A stretch of 64,000 bases of DNA, from the NCBI GenBank assembly GCA_028534125.1, contig CM052818.1:15068001-15132000 (forward strand). The letters are read 5' to 3'. The notes beneath the pieces were generated by a model. It was not told the origin of the DNA. It did not search any database and saw only the letters and a list, made by a program, of their open reading frames with translations. Every line of letters begins with the position of its first letter. Position 1 is the first letter of the stretch. A program made the position numbers and the translations under genes. The DNA is from Lama glama (Eukaryota). Positions 1-14,649 of the stretch are shown piece after piece.

Positions 1-729
1 TTGATTAACAGTCCTGCAGTACTGCAGACTGCCCTTATTATGAGATTTAAGAGCCAAGCTTGGTTTTGTTTTGTTTGTTTTGTTTTAATGAGAAATGTAT
101 AGTTAACTTAAAATTTTAACAAGCTTCCATTTGCCCGCTTACAATTTTATCATTTTTGCTGCACACAGCCTCTTATAAATCCAAGTGGTAGTTTTTTGTT
201 TTTTGTGTGTGCTTGGTGGGAAACTTAACTAAACTAGGTACTAATGAGTTGTAGCCACATTTGCTGGGACATTTTGCTGTTAAAACTGCTTTGATGATAT
301 CAGAAATCTAACAGTGTGCTAAGAGAGGGGGAAAATGTTGCCCTAGGGCAATTAAAACAGAATTTTTAAAAACGTCTTGTCGGTTCACCGATACTACTTT
401 AAAGCCCATTTCACTTCCCATATATGTATTGCATGTGTGCAGGCAGACCCCTGGGACAGCTATATCCTAATTAAAACAAAAGAACATTATTTTCCAGATC
501 CCAAATATTTATTTTAGGGTGGAAAGGCAATTAGGATAGGAGCTTTAGTTTTTGATAGCTTGTTCATCTGATAACTTTTAACCACTCAAATCTATAATTG
601 TAGTTAGTTCCAAATATGGATCATAGGCAGAAGTCTTCAAAGAAGAGAAGCTATCATGTAAGTATTTCTGTAGGTAGGCATTTACAAATATAGCTATTCA
701 TATTCATTAATTCTTTAGTGAATGAATTT

Positions 730-1830
730 TTTAATTACACCCCAACTATGTATCAGACACTGATTTAGAATCTATGAATGAAAAAAAAACATTGTTCTTT
801 AGTGGAGTGGCTAAAAGAGAATGCAGGGTCATGGCAGAATTTTCTTTTAAAACGAGAGGCTTGAACATGTTTTATAGGTTAAGGGGTCTCAGTTTGTTTA
901 AAAAAAATTAGATTAAAGATTTGGAGATAAAAGTGATAATTTATATAGTAAGATTTCACATAAGCCAGAGGGAGATTTAATTAACCTTAAATAAACAAAC
1001 TCCTTCCCTTTGAGAAGAAGAGAGATGACGGGGTAGATGTGAAAAAGTTTATAGTTTGAGTATTAGAAACTGAGAGAAAGAGAGCCTAGAAGACTTCCTG
1101 TTTTTACTTAAGAAGTCGGAGGTAAAATCTTGCTAAGAAGGAAACTGAAGTGAGAGTTGGTAGGAGAAACTTGGTTTGGAATGGTTGTTGTGGGAAACAG
1201 GAACTAGTGAAAGATTTACGGAGCATCCTGGGGGCCTCGTGGCGGCTGGAAGTAGTATAGTTTGTATGGTCACATGGTAGCTTTTTCCCAGTGTGGCTTC
1301 AGTTTCTCTGTATTGGGGAGCAGAGGGAATATGGTTAGACTGATTCTGGGGATTGTCAGAGCAGGTACAGAAGAATTGAGTTTGATAAAATAAAATAGCA
1401 TAAGTGATGGGTCTGTGGAATTCCATCAGACAGAAAAAGAAGTGAGAAAGGAAGGGACCTGATAGACTAGAAGGCAGGAGGAGTCAGGGCCCGAGGTCTC
1501 AGTGATGGTAACGATCAGGTGCAGTGGCAGTCAGGGAGAGCAGACTCTGGAAGGAGAGGAGGTGGTATATGTTGGAATTTAAGGACAGAAAAACATGAGT
1601 CTGAAAGTGGTGCAGTAGGACTATGAGAATACTAACCTGCCTTCGAGACTTTGTGGTGGGTGTAACAAAGATGTTGAAGAATGAGAAAATTCTATTTTGT
1701 AAGTTGGTCGAGGAAGTAGTTTTCTTGGGAGGATCAGGCTTCTGTGAGGACAAGAGGTGGAGAGAGTGTCCTGTACAGTGTTCTAGAGGAAGGAGAGTTG
1801 GTTTATGATAGAATAGGGGTTCCTGAGCAC
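730..1830 (-). mobile_element. Ancient LINE-2 remnant
   Basis: Purine-rich, heavily decayed sequence with motifs I recognise as antisense L2 (AACTATGTATCAGACACTG; GAGAGGCTTGAACATGTTTTATAGG). Boundaries are approximate. Confidence 0.5.
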
Positions 1831-2029
1831 TTTATGGAAAGGTTTCGGTGTGAGTTAAAGTTTACTTTATCATCCTAAGCTTGATTTTCTCCTGTTAACC
1901 TCAGACCACTGTGTTACAGTTCCCTAAACAAGTTAGGGAAATGAAGAATGTATTTTTATTTCTGAGAGATTTGGAAACCATGATTCATTTTTTTCATTTG
2001 TTTACCACTGGAAAATGCTTAAGCTAGAT

Positions 2030-4378
2030 TTTACTTAATTTTCAAATATTCCAGGCATCCTAAGGGAGAGGGGAAGATGGAATTGCTTATCAGTGATTAA
2101 GTTCCCTTTCATTTTATCTTTTCTCTTATAGTGAGGTTGTAGTTGTAAGACTTGAACTTTCATTTTTTTGCCACTTAGCACGCATGGCCCAATGCCTCGT
2201 ACCTACATACCTACGTGGGTTAGGTTTATGCTTCCCAAAGTGGGTGACCAGGCACCCATACTTGTGGTGTAATTTAGTGAATTGTAGTTCATGTTTGATT
2301 GTGATTACATTATCCAGTTTTAACTCAACCAATTCTCAGAAATTGGTCAAGTGGCTTAAAAAGATCTCTGCAAAAAATAATGTTTCATGTGGATAATACT
2401 AAAAGTACAAGTAAAAGTGAACCAATAAAATAATCATACAGCTGCACTCCAATCTTAGCAGATTGCCATGTCATGTGATAAAAATTGCTGACCACCCAAT
2501 CCGAGCTGACAAGTAGTTCAGAAGAATCAAGAAAAGTATTTAAAATATGGTTTACCTTTACTAAAGTTAACAGTGAGCCTTGGTGTTAGTATGTAGTGTG
2601 TGGTGAGATATTAGGTAATGAAAATATCATAATCAGCAAGGTGTTCTAATCTAAGCATCCAGAACATGAAGATAAACCCTGTGATTTTTTCATCAATATT
2701 TGTTTTATGATGCTCAATCCATTATTTTTATAAAATTTGCTAAACATAATGATAAATGCTTAGAGCTTTTAAGTTTTCTTATTCAGTAGTGAAAAGACAA
2801 AAAATTACATACCATTGAGGAAATGTATGTTCTTGCTGCCACAGTAAAACTGGCTGAAATAATATGGGGACAAAGTAAAATGCATTTCTTATTAGCAAAT
2901 ATTACTGAAAGAAACATAGAAAACGTTGCTAAAGAGTTAAGAGAGTAAAAATATAACCTTGGAGATAGGAAGTATGGTGTACTACAGTGGAAGAAAATAT
3001 GTAATATTTATAACATGTCTCAGCTTAGGGTATTTGTTAACAAAGATTCTGTTTCAGTAAGAAAATGGATAGTTACTTTTCTGAGAGCTACTGAAGGAAA
3101 TACATACCAGAAAGGATATATTTGCAACAGTAATGACTTACTTAATAGAATAATGTTTATTTGGAAAAGCTATGTAATAACACTGACTACTTAGAGTGGC
3201 TTACTTTTCTGTAAATGTAAGGAAATGACGATAACATCATAAATGAAGTGAGTTTCGTGCATCATCAATCGTCAGGCTAATACAGGAAAGTATGTTGAAA
3301 CCAGAATTGCATGAAGTAATATAGTTGTGAATAATTTTATAAAAACATGACCTTTAAAATTTGTAGTCTTTGTAGTACTTTATAATGAGGTGAGAGTGAC
3401 CGTGGTTCTTGTTTATACATCCAGCAGTTTGCTCTTTATGTTGTGACAACTTAAAAAGAGTCCTTGAACTTAGAGGTGAATTACGTATTTTTCTTTTGCG
3501 AAGATACAACTGTTCCAATTTCCTTAACTTTTATTTCCCATAGTAATAAATAGCTATGAGTAGTATGAAACCTAGTACATATTTTCTAAAATTCTGTTGA
3601 TTTAAGGTAAAAATAACATTTTAACTGAGTGAAAAAGAAACTGCTTTCTGAAAGAAACTTTGCTACGGGGAGATGATTTTGAAAACATGCTGGAAAATAT
3701 TTTTATTGTTATGTGATTTTTCTGGCCAAAAATAGTGTTGTATCACCTGGAAAAACTCTCATATTGACACACTTAAATTACTTGGAAACAGTTTCCTTAG
3801 ATTTAAAGGCATTTAATAAAAATGTGAAAAGGCTAAACTTTCTAATTAGCTTATAAACTGATTGATATCATGAAAAACAGAAATTTACCAGATGAATTTT
3901 GATAACGATTTTGCATAATTACGAGATAGGATAAGTTAGTATCCTGATTAGTTCAGCTAAGCTACAGTCTTCTCCTCCTGTTTGAGTCTACGTGCTCTTT
4001 GTAAGATATTTTTTCAATTGCATCAGACTCTATAACTTAGTATCAAAGTAGACTGGACCTAGAACGAAATCCTGGAATTATCGTATCACGATGAATTAAT
4101 GAAGCTTAGTCAGTCACCTCTCTCTTGTTAAAAATTGGTAGTGTTTTTAGTAAAAGTGAAAAGGGTTTTTTATACCTTTAATAAATAAATGAAATCATTT
4201 AAAATATATTTCTTACTTCATTTTAGCTTATTCTTTTAACTTTGTGTATTTAGTACAAATAATGTTAATAGTATACATATATAATTTATATTTACATAAA
4301 TATCCACACATCAAGGTTACATACTCAATGACTTTTCACTAACTGGTTATACATTCAGAACATTTGGAAATCAGTAGA
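2030..4378 (+). mobile_element. Decayed hAT-Charlie DNA transposon (Charlie7-like) with transposase relics
   Basis: Frameshifted Charlie/Buster transposase-like segments: KWLKKI at about 2350, AAATATGGTTTT at about 2543, and a KDKK-HTI..VLAATVKLAEI-like stretch at 2790-2860. The 3' end resembles Charlie (ACATTTGGAAATCAGTAG). No intact ORF. Confidence 0.7.
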
Positions 4379-4429
4379 TTAGGTGGTGCCTAGGATTTGT
4401 ATATTTACAGTTTATAAAATGCTTTTGCA

Positions 4430-4620
4430 GGTGTGTGCTAACTTGAACCTCACCAACAACCTTTTGATGCAGAGACGTGTCAATTTTGTCCATTTTACAG
4501 ATGAGTCTTAGTCATTTCGTAGAAGAGAAGCTCAAGGTCAGAGCATTTAAAAAACTTGCTCAGGGTCACACAACTAGTTAATGGTGGCTCCTTAACTCCA
4601 GCTCAGGTCTTTTTACTGGG
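4430..4620 (-). mobile_element. MIR SINE
   Basis: MIR core motifs CCATTTTACAGATGAG and ACTTGCTCAGGGTCACACAACTAGT. Confidence 0.75.
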
Positions 4621-7519
4621 TAGTGCTCTCTCCATTCATTCTATTCATTGCTGCTCTACTAGCCATTAAGTTTTTGATTTCCTGCCCTAATCTGTCTCTG
4701 TTTATTCTTCCGAGTCCTCAGAAAGTAGCTTTTCGTATTTTGTCCAAGTTTCTAGTTGTAATTAGTGAGAGAGAGACTATACAAGTAAAATCAGAAACAC
4801 TGGGAACAAAAGGATGGAACCAGAAAGACAATATATTAGTGATGAAAATCCATTGTAGTAGATGGCCCAGAATACATTTGATGAATACATTTGATGTGGA
4901 AATCCATGCAGAAGAACCATAGAAATAAAAAATCCAGGCAGATGTATCATTTGAATATTGGCATGAGGGCAGGCTAGAGATGAATGTTGTGGAAAATATA
5001 GATATGTATGTATGTATAGGCATGTGTGATGTGCATGTAGTTCTGTGCTTTAGTAAACTTGGCATTAACAGGCATAATGAATTAAGAACTACAGGGTTTA
5101 TTTTGATCGTTGTTTTGATTTTAATATAACTTCATATAATGTGGCCTTCTGTTTTGATTGTAACATACAACAAAATTAACAAAACGGAAGACTTTTATAT
5201 AGAAATGAAAAGTTAAAGGTTGCTTCTCTGCTAAAAGTCTAGAGGTAAGCTGAGTTTAACATACCAACTTGAAAATGATTGGTTCAAAAAAGTGAATCAA
5301 AAGTATGGTATGGTTTTAGACATCATTTTCTAGGTTACGATCAGTGCCATAATGTAGGAAAAGAGATTTATTTAACAAATTAAAATCTGGTTTTAACAGG
5401 TTTTCATGGAAGTTATGTTTTATGTATAGCTTCTGGGCTTTTTCATATTATAAATTCAAGGCATGGCTTGATCTTCTCTCAGCCTAGTGGCAACACATCT
5501 GGAAATACCATGCATCACTAAAACTTGCATAGAAATTTTGCGTACTTTGAAATATTGCATGTATGATTGTACAGCTCCTTTAGTATTCACTGGCATATTA
5601 AACTAAGATGGAGCTGATGGGTGTATTATTGTCTGTGTTAATAATCCACAGATGGAAGACTCCCTCAGTTCAAATGAATACAGTTCTTACCTCTAATTGT
5701 TCATCGGGTCAGTGATCTATTGTGCTCACAGGAGGAAAATGAAAACGGCCCAGTTAAAATTAGAACCAGTAACTGGAGTTACTATACCCTTCCCCCTTTT
5801 TTTTAATTATTAAGTGGGAAGATCTTCTGAAACTTATGATAGTTGCAGTGATTTAGAAGATGCTGAAGAATTATTTTGGGCTTGTCACATTTTAAAGAAC
5901 CCCAGACTTGGGGTCAAATCATTTGGATTCTAGTGTCAGCTCTGTTCATGTGCGGTGCCAGCACAGGCAAGTCAGTTCAGCTTCCCATAGCAAATGTGTC
6001 CTGGTCTGTTTTGGCTTGATCACAGATGATTAAGCTTCTATATAACATATTAGCACAAAGAAACAAATGGTTTCTTTAATTTTAAAGATAGGGCTACAAT
6101 GGTGTAGTTAGAATACCTTGAAAGGCTTGTCCACACCGCAGTAGGCTGTGGGGCAGCCTGAGGAGCTGGTGAGTCAGTGTACTCTGCCAAACTGGTCAAG
6201 CTGGGCAGCATTAAGGATCCTTTAGCTCCAAGCGATCCACTCTCCTCTGGGTTGCACAGCCATCCTTTTTCTTCCGGTTGGTTTTAAACAAGGATGTGCA
6301 GAATGAAGAGATTTCAGTTTAACAAGATCTGTATTAAACTCCACCTGAATATAAGTAAAAATTCTTTTAACCAGTCTCACTGTAACCCGCCCACTCTAGT
6401 TTTGTCATTTGCTCTGTCAGTCTCATCTGTCTATGTTCATGGCATGCTCAGTGTTTGTAACTGATGGGCTACTTTCTAGTATGTCAGCATACTTCTGTCT
6501 CTACCAGCTGAGTTGTGTGCTTAGCTAGAATCAGTTATGCTCATTCCCAAAACTTTAATTACATTTGTGTGTACCCAGTGACATGAGGAGCAATTATTTT
6601 TCCTGATCTCACTGGGTAAGAGGGCTTCCTTACATGTAATAGTTGAACATGGGCAACCTGCTTGTTGAAATAGAACCTGCTTACTTCTTTGGAAAACTGG
6701 GGGTTTGCAGTTTGAGCGTGCTGTCTGTGTGGTTTCCTATGAATCCCTCCAATGTTTCCTTTATCTGTGTTTTCTCATCTTAGAAGTGAGAATGATGATT
6801 CTTCCTTTAAGTTTACAGAAAAGAGTTAAATGTAAGCAGTATATGAGTATGAAAACAGTAGAAATAAATGTGCTATATATTATAGATGAAATAGTCTTAT
6901 TATTTATAATGGGGAGTCTGTATAACCCATGGTAATTTAAAGAAATGCTCTTTTTAGACTCAGGTTTTATGTACAGAATCAGGTAACTTTTTTTTCTAAT
7001 TTGCATTTTAAAACACTATGGTTTGAGGAGTTTCCCAAACTCTGAATAAACTAAACTAAACTTAAACCAATAAGTTTAAACTAAAATGTAAGATGATGGC
7101 TTTAACCTCAGTGGTTTGGGAGATGTTGATGTTAAAGAATTAGTATGTCGCAGGCCCTGTGGGATATTGCAGTTTAAAGGACCCTAAACTTGGAGTCAGA
7201 CCAACTGGTCTGATATCAGTTGGGATCTTGATAGTACTTGTCTTTGCTGCTCTGATCCAGATCTGTTTAATCATTGGTGTATTTCATAGGGATTTATAAA
7301 AGATTTCTTGGACTAATAAAAGGCAAAAAAGGCATTAAATTTGATTTGCATAAAAACCACTAGCTGTTTTTAGTACTCTCAGTTTTCATGGATGTTAACT
7401 TCTTTAGTTAACAGTTTTCATTTTGGAGAATGAAACCACTATCTTATGATTCTTAATTGTGTGTGAGTTATCCTTTAATTGGTAATTAGCTTTTGTCAGC
7501 GGTGTACATACACATGCAT

Positions 7520-7700
7520 GTTTTGGAGTCATATGCACTTGAATTTGAATCCTGGTCTACGATGTACTAGATGTGTGACCTTTGGAAAGTTACGTAAACC
7601 TCTGTTTTATTATCTCTGTAAGAGCATGATAATATATACCTTATAGGGTTATTGAAGATAAAAAGAGGATGTGTGTGAAGTAATATAGGCACTTGATAAA
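7520..7700 (+). mobile_element. MIR SINE
   Basis: MIR core: TTTGAATCCTGG...TGTGTGACCTTTGGAAAGTTAC...ACCTTATAGGGTTATTGAAGAT. Confidence 0.75.
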
Positions 7701-8199
7701 TATTCCTTTTCTCTCTGGTTCAGTTTTAAAATTTCGTTCTATATCATGGATAAAAACAGCAAAAATTATGTAAGCTACGCATTTATTCACTTGATGTGGT
7801 AGGTCTAGAGACCATTTGCAATGAGAGTAAGAGGGAAGTAACATTTACTGCTGTGAGTTTCTATCATTTCTTAAGTTAGATCCTTCATTTCCTAAGTCCC
7901 AACTTACGTCACCAGATTTTTAGAATTTGAACATTTAGTTTTATATGGCCCTGGGTACTGACTTGGAATGTATGGCCAGAAATTGGAGAGGAACCAGATG
8001 AAGGCTGTAAAAAGGATAAATAAAGTTTATTGTGGTCATCTTGGTCCAAGTAATTGTCTTTCAAAAGTAAGTCTAAGTAAACATCACTTCTCTTGTACTA
8101 CACAGAGATGGGGGGGAAGAAAACGACATGTACCTTAAGGTACTGATATATCTCTCTGGTTAAAAAAATTGTATCGTCTTTCTTTTGTTTGTTTCTCAG

Positions 8200-8405
8200 C
8201 CTCTATTCCATCCCTTACCCACCTTTGTCGATTGGAAATTCGGTCCAGTCTAAAACCAGAACAACTGCAGTCTGACAGTTTTATCTGTCAGTTGCCACTT
8301 CCCAGAAGCCTACATGATTATTTGCTCTACGCAGAGGTTCTGAGGATGAATGAAGTTCCAGAGCTGGCAGTTATTCAAGATGGAGAAATCAGAGAAGCTA
8401 CTTAA
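8200..8405 (+). CDS. ASB3: Last coding exon of ankyrin repeat and SOCS box protein 3 (SOCS box plus C-terminal tail)
   Basis: A polypyrimidine tract and CAG acceptor (TCTTTTGTTTGTTTCTCAG) end at 8199, giving a phase-1 exon. It translates as [67 protein letters not shown]. This is a SOCS box (BC box SLxxLCR, cullin box LPLP) matching the ASB3 C-terminus. Stop TAA at 8403-8405. Upstream exons lie outside the window. Confidence 0.93.
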
Positions 8406-10160
8406 CACAGCTCATGTCTTAACCTGAAAACCAAGATAAGGAGCCATGGAGTACAAATTCTTCATGATTTTATGGTCACAAAAGATGGTTTTTGTTTGTC
8501 TGATTGGTTAGGTATTAGAGGGCAGTAATTTAATGCAAATGTTTACAGCTGGGCTTCCCGGTCAAAAAGTATTGTAAACCTCACTCATGTTACTTTATTG
8601 TAGTTTCATCACCAGTACAATTTATGTTGTAATACTCATTTACGTAACCATTTTCTGCTTTATTCTGTTACAGAACTGTGATGCTACTTCTAGTGCTAAA
8701 CATGGCATATTTCCACCTATAGTTCTGTGTTTACCTAGGGCTAGAGTTTAGAATGGAATGCATGAATCTTCACTGGAAGTATACACACAGTGGGGTTGAA
8801 TCTATTATTATTTTATTTGAGGTTGAATATCTTTTATATTTATAAAAGAACTATCTTATATTCCATTCTCTTAATTCAATCTCTTTTATCAAGAATTGAT
8901 ATTCATTGGCTTTTTATGATAAACTCAGGGGAGAATTCTTTTTTAAAAGCCTATAGAAAATGAATCATTTTGCTGTTTTTTTTTTTCCAGTTCCTTGATA
9001 ACTCTCTGGCTAAAAAAGACTCCCATTTCTGCAAAGGCAAGAAAAGATCTAAATTCAAAGATATGTTCAGTTGAAAGAAACTTAGGTTGGTATTGAGATA
9101 AATAAGCATTTTACCACACTTACAGTGCTAATTAGGAGACTGAGAGAGACATTTCTGTGGTACCATCTTTAAATAAAGAAAGGTATGTATTCCTTTGTCA
9201 CTCAGTATCAAATAAAACGTTGAAGCTCCATTCAGCCTCTAAATCAGAGGGCAGCTTTGATCCTATGAAGCAATGATTGGTAGTTCTGTTAATATTATAG
9301 TGTATTTTCTTTTTGCTATCTAGATAGGTTATCAAATAGTCTATGAAAATTAAACCTTGGAATCCTAGGTTAGTGAGACATTGCCTCATTGGTGTTAAAA
9401 TTACTCAATCTGAATCTAGAGTCAGAGAGGACTAAACACTCAAGTGATCTTTGATAAAAGTCTGTGGGCACTAGCCTTGAGAGAAAGGTAGTGAAAGCAG
9501 GCAACTAGAGATGGAGTCCAAAGCAGGGGAAAGTATTCTGTCCTTTTAAGAGCCTGTGGCTTAAAGTAGATGGAAGTGGGTGGGTCAGTCATATTCATCT
9601 CTGATAGGCTTTTCCTGTTTGATGAAAGCAGTGATGACGGTGTACCATTTGATAGAGACATTGTTAATGTCCAGGGGGTTGACTGAACTTAACTCAGATT
9701 AGAGCTATAGTTGCTGCCTTTGGGGCGGAGATAGAGTTTGAATATGGGTATACGAGCAGAAATAAGGGTAGATATAGAAGAACAGGTGGAAATTCTGATA
9801 GTTAATAAAGAAATTCTAAAAAAGTATATGCTATATGATATTTTTAAAATGTTGTCTGTTTCTTTATTTTTCCAAACCCCAAGTCTCTGATTTTAACATA
9901 ACCAGTTTTTTGTTAGGGTCCAATGTACATAGAATGTTTACATTTAAGGGTGAATCTTTTTGTGTTTTCATGTTCAAATATGTAATAAAAATTCAACTAT
10001 TTGTAACTTATCATTAAGCTCTTATTCTTAAAAATCTGAAAATAAATATTTTAGAGACACTGAAAACCCTTAGTATTTAAAACATAAATGATTTTACTTA
10101 CTGTATACATTGGACTATTAGACTATTTTATAATAAAGTATTTATGATTTTTATGACTAA
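8406..10160 (+). other. ASB3: ASB3 3' UTR region with candidate polyadenylation signals
   Basis: AU-rich sequence after the stop. AATAAA occurs at 9172, 9211, 9804, 9984, 10041 and 10132. The true cleavage site cannot be determined from sequence alone. Confidence 0.45.
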
Positions 10161-10521
10161 TGGCAAGGACTCAGTGAGAAATCTAATCGAAAAGCATCTA
10201 AAGGTAAGTAAATTATAGTTGCAGCTTCTGATCAAAATGATGCATCTAGTTAGCATGAACTTTAAGCTTTTGCCCTGTGTATACCATGTTGCTTTAATAC
10301 TCTTAAAGTCACAAAGAACCTAATGAAGAACCCCATACAGTAATTCTCTGATGATGGTACATATTACCAGAGCAGGACACAAATCAGTTTTAGTAACAGT
10401 TGCCAAAATTTTACCCTTCCTTGATCTGATGTTATCCTTCAAGTGTATTTCCTGTGGATCCTTCCTGTCATAGGACATGTTTCTGTGATCATTTGATGTA
10501 ATAGTGGTAACCTGAACACTG

Positions 10522-11039
10522 TTTTTTATTTTTTTAATTGAATTGTAATTGATTTACAATGTTGTATTAGTTTCAGGTATATAGCAAAGTGATTCAGTTA
10601 TACATAAATATATATATAATATATATAATTTCTTTATTAACTGTATATAATATATACAAATATATATGTATTCTTTTTCATATTCTTTTCTATTAGAGGT
10701 TATCAAAATATTGAATATAGTTCCCTGTGCTATACAGTAGGTCCTTGTTGTTTAACTGTTATATATAGTAGTTTGTATCTGTTAATCCAAACTCTTAATT
10801 TATCCCTCTCCCCTCTTTCCCCTTTGGTAACCATAAGTTTGTTTTCTGTGTCTGTGAGTTTCTTTTTCTTTTGTAAATAAGTTCATTTGTAATCATTTTT
10901 TTTAGATTCCACATTTAAGTAATATCATACTTGTTTTTCTCTGTCTGACTTACTTTACTTAGTGTGATAATCTCTAGGTCCATCCATGTGGCTGCACATG
11001 GTATTATTTTATTCTTTTTATGGCTGAGTAGTATTCCAT

Positions 11040-11083
<44 letters not shown>

Positions 11084-11655
11084 ATCTTCTTTATCCATTC
11101 ATCTGTGGATGTACATGCTACTATGAACATTGAGGTACATGTATCTTTTCAAATTAGAGTTTTCATCTTTTCCAAATATATGCCCAGAAATGGGATTGCT
11201 GGATCATATGGTAACTCTATTTTTAGTTTTTCAGGGAAACTCCATGCTGTTTTCCCTAGTGGCTGCACCAGTTTACGTTCCCACCAACAGTGTAGGAGGT
11301 TCCCTTTTCCCCTTACCCTCTCCAGCATTTATTATTTGTGGACTTTTTAATTGATGGCTATTCTGACTGGTTTGAGTTGATACCTCATTGTTGTTTTGAT
11401 TTGCATTTCTCTAATAATTAGTGATGTTGAGCATCTTTTCATGTGCCTGTTGGCCATCAGTATGTCTTCTTTGGAGAAATGTCTATTTAGGTCTTTGGCC
11501 CATTTTTTTTATTAGGTTGTTTTTTTTTTTTTGATATTGAGCTATATGAGCTGTTCCTATATTTTGGAAATTAATCCCTTGATCACATGATTTCTAAATA
11601 TTTTGTCCCATCATTTGTAAATATTTTCTCCCATTCTGTAGGTTGTTTTTTCATT
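10522..11655 (-). mobile_element. 5'-truncated LINE-1 (3' UTR and ORF2 C-terminus)
   Basis: A poly-T tail, then the L1 3' UTR in antisense (TTGAATATAGTTCCCTGTGCTATACAGTAGG) and ORF2 end in antisense (GGGATTGCTGGATCATATGGTAACTCTAT). Contains TA and TG/TA microsatellites at about 10600-10670 and 11040-11080. Confidence 0.92.
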
Positions 11656-14649
11656 TAAACATCGTGTCTTTGTTTCTCTCTCTCTCTTGCCCAAGTAGCA
11701 AATGTCCTGATATGCAGCTTTCTGGTGACCCTACTTCCTAGAAATCAAGTTACATATGTACCTCTGTGTCCTGTGACCACCTATGACATTGATAATCTTT
11801 GAAAGGCAGCCTAAGTATCATTGTATGTCACATGACCAGATGATATCTCTGACTTTACATTTGTTCTTCCAACCTAAGTCTACCTATAAACCTGCATGAA
11901 AATTGTGATGCTTTATAGATCTTCAGGTATTGTGTCAGGTACAGTTTGAAGACCTATGAGTATTTTTGATTGGTTACTCCCTAAAATTCCCCTATAATTA
12001 TCTTGGCCCTCAGAAACTTCTTGTAAATAATAACTGTAATAAGAATGTAAATAAATATATGTCTTCTCTGGAACAGTGGACTTGGAGGAATATAGAAAGG
12101 CATTCTATATCCCATCAGCATGGGATATAGAAAGAAGTTGAGAAAATCCATCTAAAAGTTTGCCTTTTACTTTTATACTTTTCTATATTCTTAGAGATAT
12201 ATTCCTCTAATTATATTTCTTGATTAGTTATAGAAATATTTGTTTGATGAACTCTCAGTACAATTATTGCTAGCAGGTCCCTAGCACTGTTGTGGAAAGA
12301 TTTTAAATGGTAGGAATGGTTGGTTGAAGTTGCTTGTAATGTGGCCATTTTCAGTTTTATGATGAAGTGTTTCAGATCTAACAATTTGGGGAACGTTATA
12401 ACCAATAAAGACTGCCTTCTTCCAGTTTCATGGGTTTGTCCTCTGTATAAGGTAAATAGAAGCTCAGCCCACTGGCTTATCCAAATACTTATTTTAAAGA
12501 GGATCTCTAAGCCAAGGGGATTTGTAAAACTTTTCCTGTGAAGTGCAAACATAATAATAGCTGCTCCTTTGGTACTGTTAATTCTCCTGAATTTCCTGTG
12601 CTAGAGCACTTGCGTCCTCCGTTCTCTCTTATCCCAAACAGCTAGTCACACAAAACTGTCAAGACTATAAATGAGAGCCCAGACCAGGAGATTCCATCAC
12701 TCATGACTCTATGTGACCTGCGTAGTTATCTAAAAGATAACGCAGAGTGGGTGTCCCTACATCAGGAAAGAAGTGCTATATTCTGATTGGAGCTAATGCT
12801 GGATCTCTGAGTTTACACCTTCTCTCTAGGAAAAAGCGGTGTTTATGAATTAAGGTAAATATGGGCTGTGTTTGAAGGCTTAGATGCTATCATAATGATT
12901 TTATAAACATACTTACTTTTTTCTCTTCCTCTTTTTTCATTTTTTAACAAAACATTTAAGGAAAATTTCGTATTTCTGTGCATGACTGTTGAGATTTACT
13001 TTTTACTTTCTCTTGCATTGTTTGTTTTTCTGTTTGAGGCTAAATTAGTCTGTCTTCATCTGTATTTATTATTATCATTGTTATTAAATAACAGGTGGTC
13101 ATTGAAACAGAATACCTAGCAGTAAGTAAAATGATTTTATCTTCTGTTGGAGTCAATAAACCCTGTGGTTTTCATGAGAAGGAACTGATTATGCTTAATG
13201 TTTTTTGTGACATATTGGTAGAAAATGTATAGCCTTATTTACAACATATCAGTAATTTACACTGAGAGGAAGCCAGTCAATTATATTTTTTTTATCAAAA
13301 TATATACTTTGGGCAGAGATTTTAAGTACATATTTTCCTCAGTTGCTTTACTGAATAAAACATTTAAATTTTAAGTAAGGGACATCTGTTAACCTGTCCC
13401 TTTGCTAATAAAAAGCTTTTAAAGATAAAAGATAAAAATCTTCTAAAAAAATTCTCATATAGCCATAACAGTAATAGAATTTTAAGTGTTTCAAAGTTTA
13501 AAAGAAAAAAAATCTCTTAAAACTCAGGAGAAAAAGGGAGGAAACAAGATGGAGCCATAATCCTGTTATCCAGACCCAGTAATTAATGTTTACCTTTATG
13601 TTGGAATATTTTCTTTCTCTTAGGTTTTCAAAAATCTGTGCACAGGTTTAAGAGTGTGGTGTTTTGGGGGTTTTTTTTCCCCTTATAGTTAAAGTCAGTT
13701 CACCTTTACAGTTTTGTATCCTGATCAGGCCTTTTCTTTATCCTGTTAATGATGCCTGCAGCCATGCTCAAGCTATGAATTATCACAAATTCTGAGTTGG
13801 TAGGAATGAAAAATAATGAGGCATTTCTGGGCTGATTCTTTTCATAAGACATCTGCTTAAAGCAAACAACCCCTTCCTCCTCTTTATAAAGGGTAAAAAG
13901 AGAATGGAAGTGAGGCCTTTGTGAACCCATGCTAGTCATCTGGTCTCAGCCCAGAATGGTCATGTAATTGCATTTCCTTTGCATTTCTGTGTTATAACTA
14001 TCTATGTATGGTATCTATTTACAAGGAAGGAATTTAAAGTATACCATTGTTGCAGTAAAAATTAGTATCTGCATGATTTTTCGGTCTCTTGGCTTCTTGT
14101 TCATGCACAGCACTAATAGGTGAAGCAGAACAGGTGACAATTGCCATTGACGCACTGAGACTTGTGAATAGCATCTATGTCTCTTTTACCATCAAATGGT
14201 TAGCATAACCTATTCACTGCTTTCCTATGTGGATGATCTAAGTCTATCATGAGTCATTATAAGATGCTAATTTACACTCTTTTTCTAATATGATGGAATA
14301 GGTGAAGAAAAAAGTCCATCTGGTATCTAAATATGACTATAATTTGAATCAAACAATTAAAAAGAAGGCATAATACTTTTGAGGTTATTATAGAGTATTG
14401 GATCAAATAATATGTGCTAAGATACCAGTTTCAAGCCAGAGTAGTTCCAGATATAGATGTGTTAGTTTGTAATGTGTAGCCTGGATTTTGGTTTTGACAC
14501 TTAAAAATTATTTATTTTAGACAGTAAAATATTCTAATTCTTCTGGTCTTCATCTTGCTTGTAATTACTTGGTTTTATCAAGCCCACTCTTAAATATCAT
14601 AGTGTGGTATTTGTTTATGTGTGTTCATGTAAGTGCATACTTACTCCTT

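Noticed and set aside
2030..4378. Possible domesticated hAT transposase (ZBED/Buster-like gene)
   Set aside because: It is riddled with stops and frameshifts, and no long ORF remains.
8169..8199. ORF start [10 protein letters not shown] upstream of the SOCS box
   Set aside because: It starts at TTG within the intronic polypyrimidine tract. The coding exon begins after the AG at 8199.
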